Source: Bugula neritina
Taxonomy: Eukaryota > Animalia > Bryozoa
DNA length: 28,621 nt
Direction of reading: 5' to 3'
NCBI GenBank assembly: GCA_964035545.1
Contig: CAXIUT010000153.1
Span: 21,171-49,791, forward strand
Positions 13,546 to 24,746 of this stretch are shown here, piece after piece (the stretch's first letter is position 1; the number at the start of each line of letters is the position of its first letter). The notes under the pieces are model-generated. The model ran no database searches. It was given only the letters and a program-made list of their open reading frames with translations, and was not told the origin of the DNA. A program made the position numbers and the translations under genes.

Positions 13546-16500
13546 ATGATCAAAGAATTAGTAGAGCAGAACTAGCGTAAATAACAACAAAAACAATATG
13601 ATACTAAAGATTCCTTATCTAAATACCAGCTATCACATGATATCACATCATTTTTAAAAAAGATTATTAGAGATGGGTTTTCGAATACTCATGATCTATC
13701 TTTTCAAAGGATGCACTAACTCTGTTAAAGCTAACTGAAAAGATTGTTAAAAATAAAAACATCAGATCGAGGAGCAAGATCTCCCATGGTAGATAACTAG
13801 TTAACGGTTACAGTTGTAGATATTCAAGCTCAGATGTTTATTGAGCAACGAAGAGAAAATGAAGAAAATAGTCATGGATCTATGTCGTCGAGAAGGAAAA
13901 AAGATCAGGAAGAAACAAGGGAAAATATCATAATTAGGAGATATGAAGGGATGATAGGCGAGGTTTAAAAAAATGAGGCCTAAATTCGTAAGTTTATGGA
14001 TAAATAAGTGATCAATCACTAGTAAGTAGATTTGACACTTTGTTTATAATTCTTTATCAATATAGTAAAAAAGCTAAAAAAATTTGGAAATTAAAAAATA
14101 ATATCGTCCAGAATTAAATTGATTCAGGTGGTTATTTATTTTTTAAAAGAGTCGATGAGAAAGATCAATCCGAATATAACTCAAAAAACAAGTGCTTAGT
14201 AGACGTTTTCATAGGGTAGTATTATTTATGACGTGGCTGCTTCTTTTCTTAGTTAGTTGAATTAACAGTAAAATCCTCACGAAGGTTTAGTGCATGAGCA
14301 AGTGAACAAATTTTCAAGATATTCTTCAAGATTTATCGAGGATAAAGTGTTTTAGCTTTCAGGTATTTGTTAGCAAATAACTCAACTATAAGTATTTAAC
14401 AGAACATTATCATTTTCTCAATTATAACCTAACCAAAAGACAGCATTTTTGAGAATAGTATAAGTGATAATAAGTTTACATCATAAAATATCATATCTAT
14501 CTCGAAAGAAACCTCAGTTGATGAAAGAATTGTAAAATGCAGGCAAATAGTTTGACTTTATTAACAATAAGATAGAAAACTTCTTTTCTCATATAACTGA
14601 AGAAAGTCAACAGATGTAGCCTATCAATTTTAGTGGAGGAGATCAGCATTGGAAGTCCCAGTTGAGTTAGTATTTTATCTAGATAAAGAGTCATATTGTG
14701 AAGTTGTCTTAGATAATAGCTAGCCAGGATTTGCTTCATACTGAAAACTATCGCAAAATAGATAGGTTTTTAAAGATAGTGGAAATGTATAGTAAGATAC
14801 TTGCTGGGTAGCAATAGATAATAGAATAGTGGATGGATATTTTGAATTCTTTGTAGTTATAAAGATAGGCTTAAAATATATCCAATTAGTAGTATAGATT
14901 GTTCATTATGTTGGAAGATTGTCTTTCTTTGGATAAATCTAAGGTGTCCACCCAAAGACGCGACTAAAATTAGCATAATAGCAGAACTAATTAGTAGTTG
15001 TAGGTTGAAGTTAATAAGCTGATAGAAGATTACGAGCGTGTTCGAAGGTAGAATATGCAGTTGATGAGTAATTTATAGTTGTAGCAGCGTTTGAAGGAGG
15101 AGTTATTGATGTAGGTGGATGAGAGAGATAAGATAATTAAAAATTTATCTGCTAAAAAGTTAAACTTATAGAAGAAATTGGCTAATCAGGACAAGACATC
15201 ACAGGTGTCGAGTAAAGTCAAGCTAGATGAGAATAAGAAGCTCGAGCATGAGGCTCAGAAATATTTATAGAGTTCTTTGTTACTAAAATAGCAATTGAAA
15301 GTGTCGTAGATTGAGAGATAAAGGTTGTCTTTAGAACTATAATCGTAAAGATAAAAGCACATGAAGATCAACTAGGCATTGAACCGTTTGAAGCCATAGA
15401 AATAGCGAATGTAAATAGAAATATAATAGTTGAACAACCGTATTTAGACCATAAAGAATGAAAACCTTAGACATAGCAACAGGTTAAACAAGATGATAAC
15501 TGAATTAACTAATGATAAATCACTTTTAGAGATGCATTTGGACAACTCCTAGAGAAATAACTTACGATTGTTGGAGAGAATGGATTTGAATTAGAAAAAG
15601 GTGGCAGAGTACAATAAAATCATGATGAATCGATTGGATTAGCATGATTAGAATGCTTTACATCGGTTGGAGAGAGAGATGGCTAAGGTCAAAAAATAAC
15701 TTGATGGATCGCAGATGTTAGTTAGATAGGGAGAAGGTGAGTGTCAGCAGTTGAGGGAAGAGATATTCGGGTTGAAGAGTAAATTGAAATAAAAAAATTT
15801 GAGAAAGGAAGAGCCGCAGAATGAAGATTATATAATTGAGTTGCAGTAAAAATATAAGAAATAGCAAAAGAAAAATCAAATCTTGAGTCGATCTCTTGAG
15901 AATATAAAAATCCATGAGGAATAGTTGTAGTCATAGATGCGACAGAACCAAAGAAAGCTAAAGGAGCAGTAGTTGAGATAAAAAGAATATTAGAATGATA
16001 AGAGCAGGTATATGAAGCAAGTTTAATAGAAAGATAAGAAGAATCATGCCTTATAGCAGCAGATATAGTAGTTGAGATCTTGGAGTGAGACTGAAACAAG
16101 AAAGGTTCGAGAATTGGCATCAAAAAAATAGATATAGTTGTACTAGAAGTTATCAGGAGTAGGATCGATGGAGTTAAAAATTCGTTTATTATAAGAACAA
16201 CTAGCACATAAAACTTAACAATCATAGAAGGCAGCACAGTAGTTGATTGATACTAAGATGAAGCAATACTAGAGTACAATAGAGAGTCATAAGTTGATAT
16301 AATTGAAATTGGACTAGCAAAATAGAGCACTAAAAAAGGACCTTGATTAAAAGATATAGAATGAATATAAACTGGGAGCAGAGATAGATCGATTGGCTAA
16401 ACAGATCGATCGCATGAAAAACTAGCTTGATAAATATATCAGGTAGTTGACAGAGAAGTAGATTATAATAAAGATGGAGAGATAGAAGAATGACTAGCAT

Positions 16501-18795
16501 TTGAAGCAGTTGAGAGAATATGAGATAAAGTAGAAGGTAAAACAGAGTACTACTCCTAGTCGATAGAAAATCAGTGCTGAGGAAGAGACTCCATCTCAAT
16601 TTTAGAGCAGTTAATATGGTCATGATCAACTTGGTAGATCAAATATCAGGTATGATAACTATTTTAATGCCAAAGAGTATGATAGACTATCGAAGGAGTT
16701 TAATGATTTTAAAAAACATGCTTCTAGTACAATAGACAAGTTGGAGAATTAACTTAAAAATACAAAGAAAAATTAGACATAGCTAAAGAACCAAATAAAG
16801 GAGATATAGAGTGTTAAGGGGAGGTTGATTTAAAGCTAGAATAAGGTTAAGAGTCTAAATCATGACTTAGATTCTATCAGAAGGTAAAGAGATCGATTAG
16901 AAAAAGATAATGTGGTATTAAATTAACAATTAAAAGAATGTAAGGATCAAATAACTGTTCTGAAGAAGTAATAGGCCAATATGGGACAAAGATTGGCTGA
17001 TTTATCGACAAATTTCAATATGGTTCTTGACTAGAAGAAAACTTATGAGGAGAAGATAAGAATAATGTTGAATGATCAGCAAAAAGGTGTAGGATCTAAT
17101 CGATAGCAAGAGTTACTTTAGAAGATATAAAGACTTGAGAAAATAATAAAGGAACTTGAGGAAAGGAATCAGAAGATAAGAGAGGCGCATGAATAGTTGA
17201 AAAATTAGATGGAAAGATAGACTAAAAATATGTTCAATGATTACCAAAATGAACTAAATAAAGTGATATCTGACAACTAGACTGCCAAGATGAAGTTGAT
17301 GGTTGAAGTAGAGTCACTGAAAAAGCAATTACTGGTCCAACAATCACAAAAAAAGTAGAACCAACTTGATAAATAGAAAGATGAGAAGTTCAACTAATTG
17401 AAGAAATCAGTTGAAATGTTAATCAATGAAAAGAGTAAACTATTCAAACAAAACTAAAGCATTTTATCTGACAAAAATAATTTGTAAAAGTAAAAGATGG
17501 CTTTGATAGAGTAGATAATATCTTTGAAAGAAAACATAAAATCTCAAACTATTCTCATCAAATCACTTGAATAATGTAACAGACATGCGCTATCTTCTAA
17601 CAACTAATCGAAACGAGTATAATAACTGGGATCAACTATAGCTAGTCTATCAAAATAGAGAGATATGATCAGATCTCAACATGATTCTATGCGTCATCAT
17701 TTGTAGGAATAAACAAAAAGAGCTATCTATCTTGAAAGTCAACTATAAAATGTTAAAGACTAAGGCTTTAAATCTGAAAAATAACTTTTATAAAAAATTA
17801 GAAATCTATAAAATCAAAATAATAAAAATGTTAATGTTGATTATTTAAAAGCAACAATAAAAGCATTAAGAGAGTCATTGTAGGCTGTTGGAGAGGAGTT
17901 ATCTGATAGTAAAGAACTGTTGTCAAAGGTATCTTCACAATCATCTCCATCTGTTGTTAAACAACCTCTTTCTCATGAAAATAAAGAGCTACAATAGTTG
18001 AAGTGGTTGCAGTAGTAGTGGTCAAGAAAGTAAAAAGTATACCTTAAAGAAATATAAATGATGAGTCGATAGCTATATTCTTTGAAATAGTAATCAAATA
18101 GAAGCAAAACCGATCGAAGTGTGGTGACATCTCTGCCTCAGTCTCATAAGCCAGCCAATAATACATACAACTAAGGTATTGTTCAAGGAAATCGATCAGA
18201 TATACGTATATAGAAAGTGATATAAAATAAAAGAAAATGGTAGAATGTAAGATTATCATCATCGTTAAGCGGTTGGAATGTTCCTTCTACTATTTGCCAG
18301 TAGATTTAAGATATGCGGATTCAATACCTCGCACTAAGTTAAAATTTGATCATTCTTAACCAGTAAAACCACCAACTTCAACTAAAAATATCATCCAATC
18401 CCAGCATGGAAAACCTACTTGAATATGCATTCCGTATTCTTACTATCTTTTCCTAACTGACCGCTACTTCTCAATAAGCACAGCATATTCGAATGGAATT
18501 GAACAATATATCACGCCAGTACACTGGTGGTTATTTCTTTACAATGCTAGAAGAATATACTATCCATCTGCTACAGAACAATACCATCTAGTAGTATAAG
18601 AAGGAACTGAGAGATAAGGCTCAGGAGCTGTTGTAGATCAAATCGAAATTGTAGTAGTTGATAAATCGATAGATATAGCAGTAGGAGAAGATGGTAAGTC
18701 GTCAGAGGATGTCTAGAAGTCGACCTAGAGAGCCAGGAAATTATGTGTCTTTGTCTGGCAGTTCGGTAAGTAACAGTTCATATATGCAACCGTGA
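13546..18795 (+). CDS. Very large coiled-coil protein (about 1749 aa)
   Basis: 5250-nt frame from ATG to TGA, rich in E/K/Q/L heptads with TAR=Glu. I saw no in-frame TGA in the parts traced. No specific family recognised. Confidence 0.8.
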
Positions 18796-18845
18796 TAATC
18801 AATAGATCATTTATAGAAGAATATATTAATACAGATTAGATAGTA

Positions 18846-19782
18846 ATGGAAAAACAAGATATTGCAGCTCTGATTTAAGATTTTGATCAATTTGTTCAGT
18901 TGTCGTTGTAGAAGAAGGTATCATGCTAACCTGAAGAGATGGGGGAGACGACTGTGCATAGTTATCAGGTTGGAATGGAAAAACGATTGAAACTAAAAAC
19001 ACAGACTCAGCAGTAGAAGTTTTAAAATAAACTGAAACCGATGAAAGAACTTAAATCTTTTGTTTCTGTTAAAGAATTTATGTAGAAATTGGGAGGAAGT
19101 GCAAGGTCACACAAAAAGAAATACACCTCAACAAAACCATAAAAATCAATAAAGCAAGAATACTAGTAAGCAAGAGGGGGCTACTATCTTTAGAGGATAT
19201 AATAGCATTTAAAAAGAAATAACTATCATCGTTCAAATCAAACACCATTTTTCACATAGTTATAATCAGATCCTTTATGTCCTAGTCAGTTTTGTAGTTG
19301 GATGGACAGTACTTTAGAGAAGATAACTCCGCATAAAGAAACCATGTTTCATCGTGCGACAGAACAAAGAGAATAATCTAAAATAGAGGATGATGATTTT
19401 TTGGAAACAGAACATAAAAAAAACATATAGGTAGCAATTTAAAATAGCAACTAAAATTAGATAAAATAATACCTAACAATATCAAAATTTTTCAAAAATA
19501 TCCTCCTTGTTGACCAACAGGTTAAGGAAGTTGCTTAAAACTAATAATTTGCCTAGAAATTCTAAAGAAAATGTTATGATAGAATCTATGGTTCCTAAAA
19601 CATCCGAGGCTTCAAAGAGAAATGATTCTCAGAGGACGTCTATTGGTTTTCCGAGGGCTAGTTCTAGTAAAAAAGGACATAAGTATTCGATGTTGAGAGC
19701 CAAGACAGCATTCACATCCAAACAAGATGAACCATGGATAGAAACTATGAACAGCAAATTGAAAATGATACTTTAAAACTGA
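18846..19782 (+). CDS. Hypothetical protein; putative 19-nt intron 19279-19297 (the unspliced frame would end at TGA 19625)
   Basis: ATG 51 nt after the previous stop. Removing gtcctagtcagttttgtag joins it to the frame ending ...EPWIETMNSKLKMILEN*. The 3' structure is uncertain. Confidence 0.6.
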
Positions 19783-19784
19783 TT

Positions 19785-20022
19785 ATGATTATAATAGATT
19801 GATTATAATAGATATAATAATAGAAGATATAATGAACTTGTATAATGATAGATATAGGGGTTGGGGTTGGGGTTGGGGTTGGGGTTGGGGTTGGGGTTGG
19901 GGTTGGGGTTGGGGTTGGGGTTGGGGTTGGGGTTGGGGTTGGGTAAAATGATAGATATAATGATCAATATAATGATAGATATGATGATAGATAAAATGAT
20001 AGATATGATGATATGATAGATA
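19785..20022. repeat. Degenerate ~12-nt minisatellite (ATGATAGATATA-like) surrounding a telomeric tract
   Basis: Repeated atgatagatata / atgatcaatata / atgatagataaa / atgatagatatg units at 19944-20022, with related units upstream of 19857. Confidence 0.75.
19857..19943. repeat. Internal telomeric tract (GGGGTT)n, about 87 nt
   Basis: Perfect G4T2 array between the convergent 3' ends of two genes. Confidence 0.97.
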
Positions 20023-21753
20023 TCATTTTTTAATTTAATTTAGTTGCATTTTGATGTTGCTACTGATAGCATTGAGGTTATCTTTAAGAAGGGATTGTAG
20101 ATACTGTTTTTAATTTTGACTTAATTAGCTTTAATTAACTTAATTAAATACTTTACTCAATTATTCTAGTATTAATTATACTTTTTTGCCATTTTTCTTT
20201 ATTTTAGTGACACCAGATTGTTGTTCTGGAGTTAGTTATGGTGATAGGGGTATTTATTAATGTTGTTATTATATTTCTTATAAATTTTTTTAGAAATTTT
20301 ATCTTTATTCAGCTTCTTTTCTTTCCAACATGTTTTTTTGTTATCTTTATTTGATGCTTTATTAATACCCTTACATAATTATAGTCACAAATACATTTTG
20401 AACAGCTGTATAGAATAATATCATAAATAGTATTAGATATAGTTGTCCTGGCAGACCTTCAGCCCATGTCTAAAGAAAAGTGTCATTGACTATATCTCCA
20501 TTTAACAAAGAAAACAAAGTTATGACTGATGAACTTGTGTCTTAGAATTTATTGTATTTCCAAAAGATAGTTTGACCTAGAAACACAAAGCCTAAAAAGA
20601 AAGGCATTACTCCTAATAAAAATATTAACAGATTACTCCATGATTTTGACAAAGTAGCAGACATTAGATTCAAATTGGGACTATATTATAAATATTTTAA
20701 TATAGTTATCCAAGCCAGCATCACTCCTAAACCTACAAATAACTATTTATGTTAAAAAATGGCCAGTCTTTATGAGATGCTAAATTATAGTAAAGACACT
20801 ACTGCTCCAAAGAATTTGGAAGAAGTTGCCAGCTACTATCACTAAAAACCAAAATCAAAAAATTTTAGTTTATCTAAAAAACCAAGTTCTTCCCAGTTCT
20901 TTGCCATTGAGTATGTCCTTTGAATCTAGATATATTCATTTACTCCTAGTTATCGCTTTGGTTGACTCCTTCTTTCCTCTTGAAATACAGATATTCCTTG
21001 GAGACGAAGTAGATTTGTCTCCAAGCCAAAAAAAGACTCAAACTGGCTACGATCATAACAGCTATGTGAATTCCTATCAAGTTTTAGTTAGGCTAGCGAG
21101 TGCCATCGCTTTCAAGACACATCATGGAGTTAGCCTCAAGTGAACTTTACACATTTGCTAGTGATTAAAGAGAATAATCTATTTTTATGATCCACTGCAG
21201 ACAGTCTTCGAGTTAGTTTTGATCATTTTTTTGAAATATAGGTCTTGATACCTTAGAGTGTGAGCTACATATCTTAGATTGTTTGAAGAAATGACTTAAA
21301 TCCTGGTAGATCCTAATCAGTAATGCCAAGAACTTCTTATAAATTTTATTAGAATGTTTAATGAGTCCCTGTTATGACCATTTTCTATCGATTTTTGACA
21401 TCGATTTGAGTGTAGTATATTTAAAGTTGATAGGTCGCGTTGCTGATATCAGAGTATTGTAGGAGTGTGTTATCTAGATTTTGAGTATTTTCAACAACAG
21501 AGAAGAAGGCTTCTGAAAAGTCTGATAGAGAGTAGAAAGGAAAGGAACTGCTTCCATCCTAGTCATCGAGATAGATAGTAGAGAAGACAGCTTATTGAAT
21601 TCTGGTATGTTTATCTTCGATTTATACAATTTTGAGTGCCTGATAGGTACAGAGAACTATGAGGAGGAGATGAAGTATAAATTTCCAAGGAAACCTGTTG
21701 AACCTGACATACTTTTCGAAGGGACTGAGGGTGACCTTTTCAATGAAGTCCAT
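20023..21753 (-). CDS. Mucolipin/TRPML-like cation channel (about 576 aa), with four apparent single-base homopolymer indels
   Basis: LSPFEKYVRFNRFPWKFILHLLLIVLCTYQ, WEELGFLDKLKFF, FVGLGVMLAWITILKYLEY, pore TLFSLLNGDIVNDTF and S6 QNVFVTIIMEGY. Frame shifts are needed near 21229, 20920, 20852 and 20816 (net 0). Confidence 0.85.
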
Positions 21754-21822
21754 TTTGATGATGCTTTACTTTTTCATCATATATCTATTAATAAATATTA
21801 TATCGATAATAGACGATTAATA

Positions 21823-23236
21823 TCAATACTCGTCATTCTTTTTCCATCCATATGAAGACACCTGAATGCTTTTGCCTTGAAATTGATCGCTCCCGTAAAC
21901 TACATTCGTGTTCTTCATCTTCTCTAACTGCTAGTTCGATAGTTTGTTCGTTTACCCCTTTCCTTGTCCTAAAACATTTGAATGCAGCTTGTAGTCATTG
22001 CCTGAATAGTATAATTGATACCTGAAAAGCCAGTTACAAAATTTTACACTCTCATTTTATTGACGTAATCCTGACCGACGCGATTGGTCTAATTGATTCC
22101 ATGTTTGTTGGTGAAGTTGTTGCCATATGAAGTTGAATATTGTCCAGTTCCATCTCCTAGTTATAGTGTGGTAGGTGCTCCTATTCCCTTGACTCTATCG
22201 ATATTTTTAGACACAAATTGATCTTTAGCTTATGAATTATATTTGCTGTCTCCCATGCCGATGACAACGTTATCAATTCTTCCATTTTTCATCACCTCGG
22301 CTCTTTCTCCTGGTTTATTTTGGAAATGATCTCCATAGCTGCTCTGATAATACTGTTTATCGTCGTGTTTTAGTTCTACATTAGTGGGTTTTCTTCCTAG
22401 CTCGTCCACTTTGGCCATAGGTTTGCTGTTGTACATTTGTTGTGCTTCTGAGATATTTTATTGTTGTTCTGTTGGGTATCCCAGTTGGAAATGAGCGTTT
22501 TTGAAGTCTCTAACTCTATCTTTGTCCACACTTTTGTATCCTGACTCTTTATGTGCGAATTGCATCTTTTGCTATGAATGGTAGTTACCACTATCTCCAC
22601 CAAATACAACATTTGTATTGTAGCTTCTCTAGGCTGCTTTGTTGGTAGTAATGGGTTGTCTGGAGTGGACGTTGGTTGATGTTTGGTATTGATTGTTGCC
22701 ATAGCCAAGTACTATATTGGTGTCTCTGCTTTTGTTTTATAGTTTTTAGCGAGGTGGAGCTTGTGTTCCATCATGTGACCTTTTGTAACTTGTTGTAAAA
22801 TCAGTCAATGTGTCCCCTAGGTCAATGCTAACTATTTTTTGGTTGACTTGTTTTCCTCTATCGCCTTCACCTGGTACAAAATCAGCTTGATAGTTGGTTT
22901 TGGCATTGGAGGGATTAAACCCTAAGACAATATTATTTTAGTCGTTTAATCTTTTGATCGGTTCGTGTTAAACTTGTCCACCTTGATATTGATGTTTAAA
23001 TTATGATTTATATTGGTTTTTTGCCATTTATGGTTAATCACTACCAATAGTAAAATGACTTCTTCTATCCCCTAAAGATTAGTTGTGTCCTAATGGCTTT
23101 TCTGGATATTCTTTGCGGTACTATGAAGTAGTGTTTTGAGTGGCTAAATCAAATGTCAAATACCTTAGAATCCAAAAGGAAAATGAGCTGCTCGAAGCTA
23201 GTTCACTTTTTATTTACGTTTTGCTAGGGAAGCCAT
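21823..23236 (-). CDS. Repeat protein with ~30-35 aa (S/A)HFxLG / NIVLG...Y.S.Y...F repeats, probably a ciliary or cortical microtubule-associated protein; introns 23144-23163 and 22002-22021 (20 nt)
   Basis: Spliced ORF of 457 aa: LRAAHFPFG, RRSHFTIG, NNIVLG, TNIVLGY, KNAHFQLG, DNVVIG and TNVVYG, each followed by T/S-x-Y/Q. The resemblance to SAXO5/TEX45-type repeats is an inference. Confidence 0.8.
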
Positions 23237-23359
23237 TGTCAGTTGTATTTATAAGATTATTATAGAATTATTGTCTAAATCATCAAATCAGATCAATATA
23301 TATTAACTACTAAATGCAATTAAAACCAAATAAATAATGCCAATATCGATCACTACTAA

Positions 23360-24703
23360 TCACCATTTGATAATTTATTTACAAGTTTATACAAATTTAG
23401 AGCATAACTATCCTATGGTTGTAGGTATTGTTTGGCAAAGAACCTAAATCACTGACACTACTACTCCTAACACCATAGTCATCGGTAGTAATAAGAGGGC
23501 TATGATGCACACAAGTCCTTAGGCTTATTCTATCATTTTGAAGGAAATAACAAAGAGACCGACGATGATGCTAAATCCTATCAAAATGATAGAAATTATA
23601 AGTATAGCTATAGTATAGATAATGGGAATAAAGAAAAGTACTAGTATTTTGATAGGTATTTTAGATGAACTAGTACAATCTGACTATTGATCTTTTTATT
23701 TTTATTAAATTTATATTTTGACTTGTCCTGTCATTGGTTAAGGAGACTAAAAGACATACTAGTTGTGATTGCCTTCATGCTTTTGGCTCCACTTCCCTCC
23801 ACAAACAAAACAAAACTCATACCCACAATGACATCTTAAATAATTACTGCTTTATGTTTTATTGGCAATAGATGAGCATTGAGGACACTCTTGGTATTTA
23901 TCTTTGCTATCAAAAAAATTAACTTGAAAATAGCTGCAATGACCGTCATGAACTGGGAGCAAACATTTGTCACAAAAGGCATTGCTACATATGTTACAAA
24001 CAACAACATTCTAGTATTTTAATTTCATGATTCCTTTGCAATTTTAGTTGGGACATAACTTGATTTATTCTTTTTTGTTTGATTTTATTGAAAAATAACG
24101 AAGCTTTTTAAACTTTTGTTGAATATCTAGCGGCAATTTCTTAAAGAACTTACTATGAATGTCCAAATCTCTACCACAACCATCAAATGGACAAAAAACT
24201 CTCTAAGATATCTTCACCTGGTAAATTACATATTGCAAAAGACATTATTAACAGTACATATTATGATGCTAGCATTAACTGATATAGATTTATTATTTGC
24301 TGTTTTTCTAAATATCCGTTTCCTTCGAACATATTTCGCATCTTTTTAATTTTTGACCTCTTTTTAGTACGCTTTTAAAACCACTTTCAAGAATCTCGCC
24401 CATATTTGAAGATTTTGTTATTGTGCTTTCATTTAAACTAAATTTAGAAGGCTTTTTAATAGTTGTTTAGTTGTATTGGAAGGACGATGGCTGGGCTGGT
24501 TGAAAGGACGATGGTTGAAAGGATGATGACTGGGCTGGTTGAAAGGACGATGGTTGAAAGGATGATGGCTGGGCTGATTGGAAGTATGTTTGGTGTTGAT
24601 GAGGAGCATTAGATCCCAAGAGTGTTGTTCTTAGAGAAGTATCGATCATTTTTGTATCATTAGAATTGTTGCGAGTGATGCTGTTTGTTCTTTTAACTCT
24701 CAT
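23360..24703 (-). CDS. Second RBR-domain membrane protein, paralog of 11439-12734; RING2 catalytic residues substituted (447 aa)
   Basis: CEIC...CEHHNMYCEEC...CPFDGC...LPLDIQQKFKKLR; IBR CPNENC...CNIC...CDKCLLPVHDGHC; RING2 CPQCSSIANKTESSNYLRCHCGYEFCFVCG; transmembrane tail; N-terminal QPSSF repeats. Confidence 0.88.
24478..24580 (-). repeat. Coding tandem repeat encoding (QPSSF)n
   Basis: Repeated ggttgaaaggacgat-type 15-mers on +, inside the RBR paralog N-terminus. Confidence 0.85.
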
Positions 24704-24746
24704 GATATGATAACTTTATAATGGATATTTAAGAGATCTAATACTA

